Source: a bacterium (GTDB taxonomy: Bacteria > Patescibacteriota > Andersenbacteria > UBA10190). From it: a DNA stretch of 59,524 nucleotides. The stretch lies in the NCBI GenBank assembly GCA_027624555.1, contig JAQBWN010000002.1, positions 1-59,524 on the forward strand. Reading direction: 5' to 3'. Below the pieces are notes generated by a model, which saw nothing but the letters and a program-made list of their open reading frames with translations, searched no databases and was not told the DNA's origin. A program made the translations under genes and the position numbers. This document shows positions 42,135 through 51,599 of this stretch, in pieces (position 1 is the first letter of the stretch; each line of letters opens with the position of its first letter).

Positions 42135-43328
42135 ATGTATACATTTTTCCTCGGAACAAATTCGGATTTATCAACTGCAGAAATTACTGCCGTCCTTAAT
42201 CGGCACGGTATCTCGTTTACGATTATTAGCTCACAGAAACAATATATTCGAATACAAACACAAAGCGCTATCCCATTAGGCCTTGTAAAAATTCTTGGTG
42301 GCACTATTCGTATCTCTCAAGATGTTGCCGTTTGGGATACAATGCCAGCCACAGAAGAAATCCTCACCGCATTACAGCCACTACCTCCAAAGTGGCAGGT
42401 TGGGCTTGGCTGTATTGGTATGTCGCTAAATATAAGGAAGTTGGGGATTGAACTGAAAAAAGGAGCACGTGCGCAAGATTCTAGGCTTGCATTCATTGAA
42501 CCCAAGGCAGGCACTGTTTTAAACGCCGCCCAAGTGATTTTTAACAAGCTCACTTCCCTACCGAACGCAGAATTGATTTTTATACAAGAAAACGAAAAAA
42601 TTATTTTAGTGCGCACTACAAGCATTCAAGACATTGCATCATATGAACTGCGCGATACGTTGCGGCCGGCAAGAGACGCTCGCATAGGCCTACTCCCCCC
42701 AAAGCTAGCGCAAATAATGATTAATTTGGCACTCCCACAAGACGCCAAAAAATCAACGACTATTTATGATCCCTTTTGCGGGATGGGAACAGTTTTGCAA
42801 GAGGCATGGCTCATGAAAATAGCTTCTTTTGGTACAGATATTTCTGAGGACATGGTAGCAGCAAGTACGAAAAATATTGCTCACCTAGAAGAGAATTTTT
42901 CTGTACAAGAAAGCTTAAAACCTCAAGTATTTCACCATGACGCAACAAGTCCAAATTTTCCGGAAGAAGCACAAGATAAGAATTTAACTGTTGTCACTGA
43001 GCCGTTTCTGGGTACTCCGCTTACTCGCGCCCTGTCCCCCATCGAGGGAACACAATTTTATGAATCTGTCATGCCATTATACCGGCAGTTTTTCATGAAC
43101 ATAAAAAGTGTTCTGCAGGAAAACGCTCGCCTTTTGGTGTTATTGCCTGCCGTGAGAATACGAGAAAATGGAAAAGACACCTTCACTCCCCTACCCCGAA
43201 CTTTCCTTGACGAGATTATAACATTCGGCTATCGTAACATTAAGCTCATTCCAGAAGAGAAACCGTTGCTATACGCTAGGCCAGATGCCCTTATAGCTCG
43301 GGAATTCACTCTCTGGGAACGCGTTTAA
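42135..43328 (+). CDS. SAM-dependent methyltransferase (Trm11/UPF0020-like RNA methylase pattern)
   Basis: Motif I IYDPFCGMGTVLQEA and motif IV-like VVTEPFLG. Confidence 0.6.
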   Translation: MYTFFLGTNSDLSTAEITAVLNRHGISFTIISSQKQYIRIQTQSAIPLGLVKILGGTIRISQDVAVWDTMPATEEILTALQPLPPKWQVGLGCIGMSLNIRKLGIELKKGARAQDSRLAFIEPKAGTVLNAAQVIFNKLTSLPNAELIFIQENEKIILVRTTSIQDIASYELRDTLRPARDARIGLLPPKLAQIMINLALPQDAKKSTTIYDPFCGMGTVLQEAWLMKIASFGTDISEDMVAASTKNIAHLEENFSVQESLKPQVFHHDATSPNFPEEAQDKNLTVVTEPFLGTPLTRALSPIEGTQFYESVMPLYRQFFMNIKSVLQENARLLVLLPAVRIRENGKDTFTPLPRTFLDEIITFGYRNIKLIPEEKPLLYARPDALIAREFTLWERV

Positions 43329-43343
43329 TTTTTATTAACTCCT

Positions 43344-43616
43344 ATGGCACATAAGAAAGCAGCCGGATCTACACAACTGGGTCGAGATTCAGAATCGAAG
43401 CGCCTAGGTGTGAAAATTTACGGTGATCAAGCAGTAAATGCAGGCAATATCATCATTCGCCAACGCGGAACAAAATACCGCCCAGGGCTCAATGTACGAC
43501 GAGGAGAAGACGATACGCTGTATGCAGTTATCGATGGTAAAGTAGCATTTTCTAAAAAGAAAGTACTTCGATTCAACGGTTCGCTGAAAGAAGCGACATT
43601 CGTACACGTTAAATAA
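43344..43616 (+). CDS. rpmA: 50S ribosomal protein L27
   Basis: [21 protein letters not shown]........[12 protein letters not shown]. Confidence 0.95.
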   Translation: MAHKKAAGSTQLGRDSESKRLGVKIYGDQAVNAGNIIIRQRGTKYRPGLNVRRGEDDTLYAVIDGKVAFSKKKVLRFNGSLKEATFVHVK

Positions 43617-43639
43617 GCAAGACAAAAGTATAAGAAATA

Positions 43640-43665
43640 AAGCCCATATGTATGCATATGGGCTT
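43640..43665. terminator. bidirectional hairpin terminator
   Basis: AAGCCCATATG-TATG-CATATGGGCTT flanked by A and T runs. Confidence 0.6.
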
Positions 43666-43692
43666 TGTGTTTTTGCGTGCGTCTTGTGCACG

Positions 43693-44019
43693 CTATGATG
43701 CGTTGGCAACCACTGGCTCGTCGTCGGGTATCACCACCATGAAAGCGTCTGCAGGAATCTTATTGATGTCCAGATTCCGTTGCTCCAAAAGCCTTGCTCG
43801 CGTACTTGGGCCAAATTTTCCGTCCATTTCACAACCCAAATCTTTCTGTAATAGGATTACTCCCTTTTTTGTTTCTTCCCCGAAGTTTCCGTCAGGAATG
43901 ATGGCTCGATTGTACCGTCCCATCAACAGCAAAAGCTGCAACAGCGTAACTGCTTCCCAAACACCTACACCAGTCGAACTCTCGTCAAGATAATCTGGAA
44001 AGAACATTCTCTTCTTCAT
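43693..44019 (-). CDS. peptidoglycan-binding (PG_binding_1-like) domain protein
   Basis: G..V..LQ..L......PDGNFG..T..GV..LQ and DGKFGPSTRARL. SD AAGGAG 8 nt upstream of ATG 44019. GC-rich. Confidence 0.6.
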   Translation of the reverse strand: MKKRMFFPDYLDESSTGVGVWEAVTLLQLLLLMGRYNRAIIPDGNFGEETKKGVILLQKDLGCEMDGKFGPSTRARLLEQRNLDINKIPADAFMVVIPDDEPVVANAS

Positions 44020-44115
44020 TTCAATTCTCCTTTGGCACATAGTGCTCCGAACAATGTTTTGTAGAGCTACTAGGCTCGCAAGTAGCCTACAGCAAGGCTA
44101 CTCTGGGGTCAATGC

Positions 44116-45723
44116 TCACTTCCCTGCCGCTTTGATAAACGCATTAAATAGCGGATGGCCGCCGAGGGGTCTGGACGTAAATTCTGGGTGAAACTGCACG
44201 GCTACGAACCACGGGTGGTTTTTTAGTTCAATAATTTCAACAAGTGTGTTATCTGGCGTAGTACCGGAAATTACTAATCCTTCTTTAACCAATTGTTCGC
44301 GATAGTCATTGTTGAATTCGAAACGATGTCTGTGACGTTCACGGATGTTTGCGCTGCCGTATGCTTCGAGAGCTTTTGTCCCCTCAGTTAGCGTACAATC
44401 CCATCCACCCAGTCTCATAGTTCCGCCTTTGTTTGTTATATTTTTTTGTGATTCCATAATATGAATTACCTTATTTTTTGCCTGCTCATCAAATTCTTGG
44501 CTTGTAGCGTCTTTAATACCCACAACGTTTCGAGCAAATTCTATTACGGCTAGTTGCATGCCTAAACATAAACCTAAATACGGAACATTGTTTTCACGTG
44601 CATATTGAATTGCTGCAATTTTTCCTTCCGTTCCGCGCACTCCAAACCCACCTGGCACAACGATGCCCTTTGCTTTCTTGAGCATAGCTAATGCTTCTTC
44701 ATCTTTTTGTTCTATTTTTTCCGCATCTATCCATAACAGTTCCAAATGCAACCCATTCTGCCAACACGCCGCCTTAAGCGCCTCTACCATGCTTGCGTAC
44801 GTGTCTAACATGGTTATGTACTTACCTACGACGGCAATTTGTATAATCGGCTTATCTTTCTTGATAGTTTCAACTAACGTCTGCCATGTGTCACTGATAC
44901 GCTTTCCGCTCGGCAATCCTAATTTTTTCAAAATAACATCGTCTAAATGATGCTCTTCCATAATAAGCGGCACTTCGTACACACTCTTTACCGTAACTAA
45001 CGGCAATATGGCTTCTTTTTCTACGTTTGTATACAAAGACATTTTTGCAATGTCTGCTTCCCCTATTTCATAATCTGTGCGAGCTATTAAAATATCTGGC
45101 TGAATGCCGATGCTTCGCAGTTCACGTACGCTATTTTGTGCGGGTTTTGTTTTTACTTCATCAGATGCTTTTAAATAGGGCAAAAATACCACGTGCACAT
45201 AGAGCACGTTTTCTCTACCTTCATCGAGTAGCATTTGGCGAGCGCCTTCAAGGAAATGAAATCCTTCGTTATCTCCTACCGTTCCGCCAATTTCTACTAT
45301 TTGTACATCATAGTCTCCAGAAGTGGCGGACTGCCGTGCGCGGTGTTTTACCTCGTTGGTAACATGCGGAATAACTTGAACCGTTTTTCCTAAATACTCT
45401 CCTCTGCGTTCGCGGTTGATAACTTCTTGATAAATTTTCCCTGTCATTACGGAAGAATCTGCATTTATATTTTGATGCAAAAAACGCTCGTAGTGTCCCA
45501 AGTCCAAATCTGCTTCTGCGCCATCGTCGGTAACAAACACTTCCCCATGCTCTGCAGGATTTAAGGTGCCAGCATCAACGTTAATATACTGGTCAAATTT
45601 TTGCATATTTACCGTTAGCCCCCTGTCTTTCAGAATATTTCCAATCGATGCTGCGGTGATGCCTTTCCCGAGGCCAGATAATACTCCCCCTGTTACGAAT
45701 ATATATTTTGGCTTTTTAGGCAT
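44116..45723 (-). CDS. pyrG: CTP synthase
   Basis: YIFVTGGVLSGLGKG and GATase GLCLGMQ, HRHR.E.N. Confidence 0.95.
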   Translation of the reverse strand: MPKKPKYIFVTGGVLSGLGKGITAASIGNILKDRGLTVNMQKFDQYINVDAGTLNPAEHGEVFVTDDGAEADLDLGHYERFLHQNINADSSVMTGKIYQEVINRERRGEYLGKTVQVIPHVTNEVKHRARQSATSGDYDVQIVEIGGTVGDNEGFHFLEGARQMLLDEGRENVLYVHVVFLPYLKASDEVKTKPAQNSVRELRSIGIQPDILIARTDYEIGEADIAKMSLYTNVEKEAILPLVTVKSVYEVPLIMEEHHLDDVILKKLGLPSGKRISDTWQTLVETIKKDKPIIQIAVVGKYITMLDTYASMVEALKAACWQNGLHLELLWIDAEKIEQKDEEALAMLKKAKGIVVPGGFGVRGTEGKIAAIQYARENNVPYLGLCLGMQLAVIEFARNVVGIKDATSQEFDEQAKNKVIHIMESQKNITNKGGTMRLGGWDCTLTEGTKALEAYGSANIRERHRHRFEFNNDYREQLVKEGLVISGTTPDNTLVEIIELKNHPWFVAVQFHPEFTSRPLGGHPLFNAFIKAAGK

Positions 45724-46177
45724 TTGGCGCGACAAGCACTGCTATATGAAACTCCACTCCCTGCCCAAGCTGTACTACAACGGTATATGTTCCTAATTTT
45801 TTTAATGGAAATGGCCCTTTTATGTTTTTCAGCGGGACAGAAAGCGCAAAGTCGGCATGCAGACGTTCAAGAATAGTCTTTGCCGGAATACTCCCAAACA
45901 AATCTTCGCCGTCTCTCACCTTTGCGGAAATAGTTATTTCTGTATTTTCTAACCTGTCTGCAACGCCCTGATGTTTCTTCAATTCTTCTTCTGCTTGTTT
46001 TTTTATTGAAGCGTCTTTTGCGTTTCTCTTTTCTTGTACTTGCTTGGTTGCGAGTGCTGCTTTTCCATTTGGAAATAAGAAATTCCGTGCATATCCTTCT
46101 GAAACGCTCACTATGTCGCCTGCTCGCCCAAGCGTATCAGCATCTTCTAGTAACAAAACTTGTAGGGTATTTGCCAT
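45716..46177 (-). CDS. rplI: 50S ribosomal protein L9
   Basis: VLLLEDADTLGRAGDIVSVSEGYARNFLFP. Confidence 0.9.
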   Translation of the reverse strand: MANTLQVLLLEDADTLGRAGDIVSVSEGYARNFLFPNGKAALATKQVQEKRNAKDASIKKQAEEELKKHQGVADRLENTEITISAKVRDGEDLFGSIPAKTILERLHADFALSVPLKNIKGPFPLKKLGTYTVVVQLGQGVEFHIAVLVAPNA

Positions 46178-46182
46178 AGGAT

Positions 46183-47331
46183 TTATTTCTTTACTTCTTC
46201 TAATGCACGCATAAGCTGTTCGTCTTCTGGCGCATCTTCTTTATCCTCAACTACTATAGACGGTTCTATGCCATGCTCGTTAATAGAGCGGCCTTTTGGC
46301 GTGAACCACTTTGCAATAGTTACCCGTAAACTGGAGCCATCGCTTAAATCAATTACTTCTTGCACAGAGCCTTTACCAAATGATTTTGTACCAATAACTT
46401 TTGCATCTAAATTATCTTGAAGTGCTCCGGCGACTATTTCGGAAGCAGACGCGCTACTGCCGTTTATAAGAACAACTACCGGTAAGCCCTTTAATATTCC
46501 TGTTCCACTTGAACTATGGGTCGTTTCCCTCTTTCCTCGTTCAATAACAACAGGCAACCCTGGTCCCATGAATGCAGAGGATATATCCACAGCAGAATCT
46601 AAATATCCACCAGGATTGTTGCGAACATCTACGATAACTCCCGTGATATTCTGCCTTTTTGCATCTTTCGCAACCTGGAGGAACTTCGCAGCGGTATCTC
46701 CATTAAAATTTAGCACTGAAACATGGAGTATTCCGTCTTTTATTTCCGACTTTATACTTTGCACTGCAATATCGTCTCGGACTATCGAAATATCTGTAGT
46801 ACTATCTGCATCTTTATGAAACACTTTTAGTTCAACGGTTTGCCCCTTTGGGCCTCGTATTAACCGCACTACTTCATCGAGCGACATATCTTCCGTAATA
46901 TTTTTCTTATCAACCGCAATAATAATATCTCCAGCTTTTACCCCAGCTTTTTGTGCAGGAGACCCTTCTAGAGGAGCAATAACAACAACAAGCCCGTTTT
47001 TCACACCCATTTCTGCCCCAATACCAGAAAAGCTTCCCTTTAGGGTGTCTTTGAATTGTTTTGTAGTTTCCGGATCAGAAAATGCCGTGTATGCATCACC
47101 CGAAGCGCGCACCATACCATCTATAGCGCCATACGATAGCTTATTGTCTTCTAGTGTGCCAATAAAATTTTTGTGGAGCTGATCCCATGTCTCCCAAAAC
47201 GGTGAAGCAGTAAATGCCTCCTCTCCAGTCAGATTGTCTGGAACTGTTTTTGGAGAGGTGCTAGCACGCCCAACAATTACTCCTATGAAAAGAAGAAGCA
47301 ATACGCTGAAAATTCTCTTGATAGTGCTCAT
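46183..47331 (-). CDS. ctpA: carboxy-terminal processing protease (S41)
   Basis: PDZ domain plus VLINGSSASASEIVAGALQD. Confidence 0.9.
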   Translation of the reverse strand: MSTIKRIFSVLLLLFIGVIVGRASTSPKTVPDNLTGEEAFTASPFWETWDQLHKNFIGTLEDNKLSYGAIDGMVRASGDAYTAFSDPETTKQFKDTLKGSFSGIGAEMGVKNGLVVVIAPLEGSPAQKAGVKAGDIIIAVDKKNITEDMSLDEVVRLIRGPKGQTVELKVFHKDADSTTDISIVRDDIAVQSIKSEIKDGILHVSVLNFNGDTAAKFLQVAKDAKRQNITGVIVDVRNNPGGYLDSAVDISSAFMGPGLPVVIERGKRETTHSSSGTGILKGLPVVVLINGSSASASEIVAGALQDNLDAKVIGTKSFGKGSVQEVIDLSDGSSLRVTIAKWFTPKGRSINEHGIEPSIVVEDKEDAPEDEQLMRALEEVKK

Positions 47332-47334
47332 AGC

Positions 47335-48690
47335 TTATGGAGTTAATCGCTTAACGCCTCGGTACACAAAACTAGCCTCACGGATACTTTCGAGATTAAG
47401 CATCAGCATAACCATTCGGCCAAATCCTATTCCCGCTCCTCCATGAGGAGGACAACCATAGCGGAAAAAATCGAGATAGTGCGCAATAGAATCCTTATTC
47501 ATACCTTTTTCTTTTGCTTGTGCTTCTAACACATCGTGTCGATGTTCCCTCTGGGCGCCTGTTGTAATTTCAAGCCCTTTCCATAACAAGTCAAAACTTA
47601 ACGTGATGTCTTTATCTTCTTCTTTTCTCATATGGTAAAACGGTCGAACACTAGCAGGGTATTCGGTAATAAAAATAAACTCATGACCGTATTTTTCTTT
47701 TGCTATTTCACCAAGAGCACGCTCTTGTTCTGGACTTAAATCTCCACTACGGTCATCTGCAATATTTTTCTTCGCTAACAAAGCCTTTGCTTCAATCATC
47801 GTTAATTGAGGAAACGGTAAGGACGGAACAACCACATCAATGTCATAGCGTTCTTTAATTTCTTTGCCATATGTATCTGCAACACTCTGCAAACCATGTG
47901 CAATTGCCTTTGACCATATATCTATTACATCTTCGTGAGACGTAATAAATGACATTTCAAAATCAAATCCCGTAAATTCCGTCGCATGGCGTGTTGTAAA
48001 AGAAGGTTCGGCACGAAACACCGGGCCAATTTCAAACACGCGCTCAAAGCCGGCTGCCATAGCCATCTGTTTATAAAATTGAGGCGATTGCGCCAAATAC
48101 GCAAAACGGTCAAAATATTTTACCTTAAACACTTCTGCTCCCGATTCACTCGGAGAACTCATGAGCTTGGGTGAATGAATTTGCAGAAACCGCTGCTCAA
48201 TAAAATAATCTCGAAGTGATTGTTCAAGAAGCGTCCAAACTTTAAACACTAATAACTTCTCAGGTTTTCGAAGATCAATCCACCGGTAGTCTAGCCGAAT
48301 TGCTTGGTCTGTTTCATTCCCGCCTCGTTCTACAACGGGAATTGGTAACTCTGGATTTGACGCCGATATTACTTCTAAGGACGTCACTTGAATTTCAAAA
48401 CCACCGGGAGCTTGCTTTGCTTCCACAATTACACCCTCAACGCTTACAACAGATTCTTGGGATATATTTTTTGCAGCAGAAAAAGCAGCTTCATGCTCTG
48501 GAAGCACTACACATTGCACAAGTCCATCAAAGTCACGAAGCACAAGAAAAATAATTTTACTTTGAGCACGCACAACTTGTACCCATCCGGCGAGTTTAAC
48601 GGTTGTGCCTATAAGTGAGGGGCTCAAATCCCCCACCATATGAGTTCTAAATTGATTGGTAGTTGTATGCACTCCTCTAGAGTACGACAT
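47335..48690 (-). CDS. aspS: aspartate--tRNA ligase, archaeal/eukaryotic type
   Basis: OB fold VKLAGWV, motif 2 FRAEPSFTTRHATEF, motif 3 GGAGIGFGRMVM. ATG 48690 chosen because CATAGT lies 6 nt upstream; GTG 48705 is possible. Confidence 0.9.
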   Translation of the reverse strand: MSYSRGVHTTTNQFRTHMVGDLSPSLIGTTVKLAGWVQVVRAQSKIIFLVLRDFDGLVQCVVLPEHEAAFSAAKNISQESVVSVEGVIVEAKQAPGGFEIQVTSLEVISASNPELPIPVVERGGNETDQAIRLDYRWIDLRKPEKLLVFKVWTLLEQSLRDYFIEQRFLQIHSPKLMSSPSESGAEVFKVKYFDRFAYLAQSPQFYKQMAMAAGFERVFEIGPVFRAEPSFTTRHATEFTGFDFEMSFITSHEDVIDIWSKAIAHGLQSVADTYGKEIKERYDIDVVVPSLPFPQLTMIEAKALLAKKNIADDRSGDLSPEQERALGEIAKEKYGHEFIFITEYPASVRPFYHMRKEEDKDITLSFDLLWKGLEITTGAQREHRHDVLEAQAKEKGMNKDSIAHYLDFFRYGCPPHGGAGIGFGRMVMLMLNLESIREASFVYRGVKRLTP

Positions 48691-48696
48691 CAGGAG

Positions 48697-48702
48697 ACTA
48701 TG
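48697..48702 (-). promoter_or_regulatory. -10 box CATAGT, 6 nt before aspS ATG
   Basis: The minus strand reads CATAGT-CTCCTG-ATG. Confidence 0.4.
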
Positions 48703-48844
48703 CACAATAACTATTGCGCTTCAGTCTCCCAGGGGTCGTATGCCTGGGATGTTCCCCGCTCCTTCAAAACGGGGTTCATAGAGAAAAAGATCACTGAGTA
48801 CTACCGTAAAGATAATCCACAGATTGCCGTGAAGGCAACGGGTT

Positions 48845-48873
48845 ACTATAAACAAAACAAACAAAAAAAGCAA
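48845..48873 (-). promoter_or_regulatory. candidate distal promoter: -35 TTGCTT, 17-nt spacer, -10 TATAGT
   Basis: Would give a structured leader of about 145 nt or an sRNA upstream of aspS. Confidence 0.3.
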
Positions 48874-49131
48874 TGAAGCGGCAAAGAGTATTTTTTCGTT
48901 ATGGAAGCAGTAGTCTCCACAACTGCCTTTTTGCTCAAGAGTACGAGAGTACCTACCCCGCCGAAGGCGAGGGGGAACTCCACTACCTGTATTGCTAAAA
49001 GCTTTCCTCTTTACCACTCCGCTGCTTTATTTGGCACTACTCTGGAGTGTTTTTAAACGAACTAACTAGTATATACCTAAATGGGTAATTATGTCAAGTC
49101 TATTTTTACGGGGCCGTTTTGTCAGGTCGCG

Positions 49132-49160
49132 TTGACATATTACTACCGTCATGCTATACA
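49132..49160 (+). promoter_or_regulatory. promoter: -35 TTGACA, 17-nt spacer, extended -10 TGCTATACA
   Basis: Hexamers at 49132-49137 and 49155-49160. Confidence 0.5.
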
Positions 49161-49238
49161 TATCTTTGTGTCATTTGGCACAATTGTTATTTACAATTCA
49201 ATCCCCTCCCTAGTTTAGTTCGAAAGGATTTCGGTTGT

Positions 49239-49652
49239 ATGTTCGTTAAACCTCCTATCTGCCATGAGTGTTTTGGTCAAACCTGGGGCACTCAGTTTTT
49301 TGATGCCACGGAGAAAAGAGTACATCTCGAAAGACTTGAATGCATGGCCTGCAAAAGACATGCCACGCATCTTTGGAATGGCGACAGACATCACTACAGA
49401 GGAATTTTCGTTGCACACAAGTACGCGAGAACTCATATTCGCTCTCGTGACGAAGAAGAGGTAATACAAATACTTCTTCAGCCGAATTCTAACTTGTCAT
49501 TATTCGCAACGCAACACACAGAATTAGTTCTGTATCGATTAGTTGCAAGTGAGGGAACATTCCGCTGGGAGGAGATAATTACAGACCCCCCCAGCAACGC
49601 AACCAGTGATTCAGTGCGAGAAGGTTTTTTCGTAAAAGAAAGAGCCTGCTAA
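49239..49652 (+). CDS. hypothetical zinc-ribbon protein
   Basis: CHEC...N22...CMAC pattern. Start set at ATG 49239, downstream of the promoter. Has its own terminator. Confidence 0.45.
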   Translation: MFVKPPICHECFGQTWGTQFFDATEKRVHLERLECMACKRHATHLWNGDRHHYRGIFVAHKYARTHIRSRDEEEVIQILLQPNSNLSLFATQHTELVLYRLVASEGTFRWEEIITDPPSNATSDSVREGFFVKERAC

Positions 49653-49682
49653 AAAACAAAAAAACCGTAAATTTTGCACATT

Positions 49683-49725
49683 ACCCCCAATACATCAAAT
49701 CGGTGTAGCGGGGGTTTCTTTTTTT
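49683..49725 (+). terminator. rho-independent terminator
   Basis: ACCCCC...GGGGGT with inner stem TACA/TGTA, followed by a T-rich run. Confidence 0.55.
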
Positions 49726-49730
49726 ATAAG

Positions 49731-49759
49731 TTGCAATATAAGTCATTTTTACCCATAAT
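49731..49759 (+). promoter_or_regulatory. tRNA-Lys promoter: -35 TTGCAA, 17-nt spacer, -10 CATAAT
   Basis: The -10 box ends 9 nt before the tRNA 5' end. Confidence 0.5.
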
Positions 49760-49768
49760 ACGAAGCAC

Positions 49769-49843
49769 GCGCTCATAGCTCAGTGGTAGAGCAGTGGCCT
49801 TTTAAGCCAACGGTCGGGGGTTCAAATCCCTCTGGGCGCACCA
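49769..49843 (+). tRNA. tRNA-Lys (anticodon UUU) with encoded CCA
   Basis: Acceptor GCGCTCA/TGGGCGC, D-arm TAGCTCAGTGGTAGAGC, anticodon loop CTTTTAA, T-arm GGGGG-TTCAAAT-CCCTC, then ACCA. Confidence 0.9.
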
Positions 49844-50889
49844 TGAACATTAACCATCATAAATCGGAACTGTATTTTTTGCTCTTTCTTTTACTCGCAA
49901 TATTTATTCTTGCCTTTTATATATTTCAACCGTTTTTGTATTCGCTTATTCTAGCCATTGTTTTTGCGACTGTTTTTGAGCCACTCCATAACAATATACT
50001 TGTGCGCACAAATGGAAGAAAAGGATTAAGTGCATTACTTGCAACAATATGCGTATTACTTGTTGTAATAGTTCCCCTCTCATTCCTCGGCATACAAATT
50101 TTTCGAGAAGCTACAGACGCATATTCGTATTTAGCGGAGAGTAATAATGCATCTGATCTTTCCCACACTATTACTGGAGGCATACAAAGGATCACCGCTA
50201 TTTCTCCGTTCAAGCTAGAATTTAACGTAGATATCAACCAATACGCAAGGCAAGGATTAAACTGGCTATTGCAAAATACCGGTTCATTCTTTTCTAATGC
50301 CGCAAAGGCTTTGATGGGCATATTTATCTTTCTTCTCGCTTTATACTATGTATTCAAAGATGGGCACAAGCTAAAAAGGGCAGTGATTGGACTCAGCCCT
50401 TTGAAAGACATTCACGATGAAACAATTTTTCATAAACTCGCGCTGGCAATTAATTCTGTAACACGGGGAAATCTTACTGTCGCACTTATTCAGGGTTTCG
50501 TCACCGCGCTAGGGTTTATTTTATTTGGCGTTCCCAGTGCAGCGCTTTGGGGTAGCGTTGCAGCTATCGCTGCACTTGTCCCAACCGTAGGAACGGCATT
50601 GGTGACGGTACCTGCTGTTATCTATTTATACGTAAGCGGAACTACGCTACTTGCTGGAGCGCTCCTTATTTGGGGAATAGTTGCAGTGGGGCTTATAGAC
50701 AATTTTGTTGGACCAAAACTGGTTGAACGCGGTACAAAATTACATCCATTTCTTATTCTTTTATCTATACTCGGTGGTATCGGTTTTTTTGGCCCTCTGG
50801 GCTTCTTACTGGGGCCAATTATCTTGAGCCTACTGTTTGCCTTTCTTGAAATTTACGTGGAAATCAGCAAAGAACAAAAGGTAAAATAA
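49843..50889 (+). CDS. AI-2E family transporter (PerM/UPF0118)
   Basis: 8-TM pattern typical of the family. The first in-frame ATG shares its A with the tRNA terminal CCA. Confidence 0.8.
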   Translation: MNINHHKSELYFLLFLLLAIFILAFYIFQPFLYSLILAIVFATVFEPLHNNILVRTNGRKGLSALLATICVLLVVIVPLSFLGIQIFREATDAYSYLAESNNASDLSHTITGGIQRITAISPFKLEFNVDINQYARQGLNWLLQNTGSFFSNAAKALMGIFIFLLALYYVFKDGHKLKRAVIGLSPLKDIHDETIFHKLALAINSVTRGNLTVALIQGFVTALGFILFGVPSAALWGSVAAIAALVPTVGTALVTVPAVIYLYVSGTTLLAGALLIWGIVAVGLIDNFVGPKLVERGTKLHPFLILLSILGGIGFFGPLGFLLGPIILSLLFAFLEIYVEISKEQKVK

Positions 50890-50895
50890 AACCAG

Positions 50896-51540
50896 CTACT
50901 TCGCCTTTGCGTAATCGTCAGTCACCTTAAGAGCTTCCCACTTGTCACCGTTTGAGACCCTTCCAACAACCTGAATCTTCTGGTCGCCATCTCCAAGCTC
51001 ATCCTTTGAAATTTCTGCGCCAGTGCGAGAGTAAAATTTTGTATTCCCTGCATATTGGATAGTAATTCGCTTATCTAAAACTGATGCACTCTTATAGCTA
51101 GAGTACGAAATATCCATCTTCAACGTCTCATTGTTAGTATCGTGTGTACGAAGAACCCCTACTACAGTAAACGAATTATCGTTTACGGTTATTTTGCTTA
51201 CGTTGTATCTTCCCTCAGAACGCTTTGCGCCTTCCATTACCACTTCATACCCGACTGGCACGCCACTTAAAGTCACGCGAACTTTTTTTCCATTTACCCA
51301 TTTGTACACTTTGGCTGCTGATGCATTAAACTCTACTAATTCCCCAGCCAAGTCATCTTTCGCATTCGCTGAAGTGTGCGCGGAAACTACCGTAATGGTT
51401 TTATTAGCTTTATCTACTTCCGTTACATTCCCGCGGACTAAAAATTTATATGACGCACTACTTGCGTATGATCTTGCGGTAAGTGCAACTGCTGCAATTG
51501 CAATAATTACTCCTCCTATCATTAGTAACTTCTTATGCAT
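50896..51540 (-). CDS. hypothetical secreted protein
   Basis: Signal anchor plus a beta-rich repeat domain. No family recognised with confidence. Confidence 0.5.
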   Translation of the reverse strand: MHKKLLMIGGVIIAIAAVALTARSYASSASYKFLVRGNVTEVDKANKTITVVSAHTSANAKDDLAGELVEFNASAAKVYKWVNGKKVRVTLSGVPVGYEVVMEGAKRSEGRYNVSKITVNDNSFTVVGVLRTHDTNNETLKMDISYSSYKSASVLDKRITIQYAGNTKFYSRTGAEISKDELGDGDQKIQVVGRVSNGDKWEALKVTDDYAKAK

Positions 51541-51599
51541 ATATGAGATTTAAAAATAAATATGTTAATAACCAATATACCACGAATTTTGATTATAAC

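Noticed and set aside
48703-48873. T-box riboswitch leader upstream of aspS
   Set aside because: No T-box consensus (AGGGTGGTACCGCG-like) and no terminator/antiterminator pair was found.
48703-49130. oriC candidate (DnaA-box-like TAATCCACA at about 48813, TCTCCACA at about 48913, and an A-rich tract at 48850-48870)
   Set aside because: There are only two imperfect boxes, no dnaA/dnaN neighbourhood and no clear box clustering.
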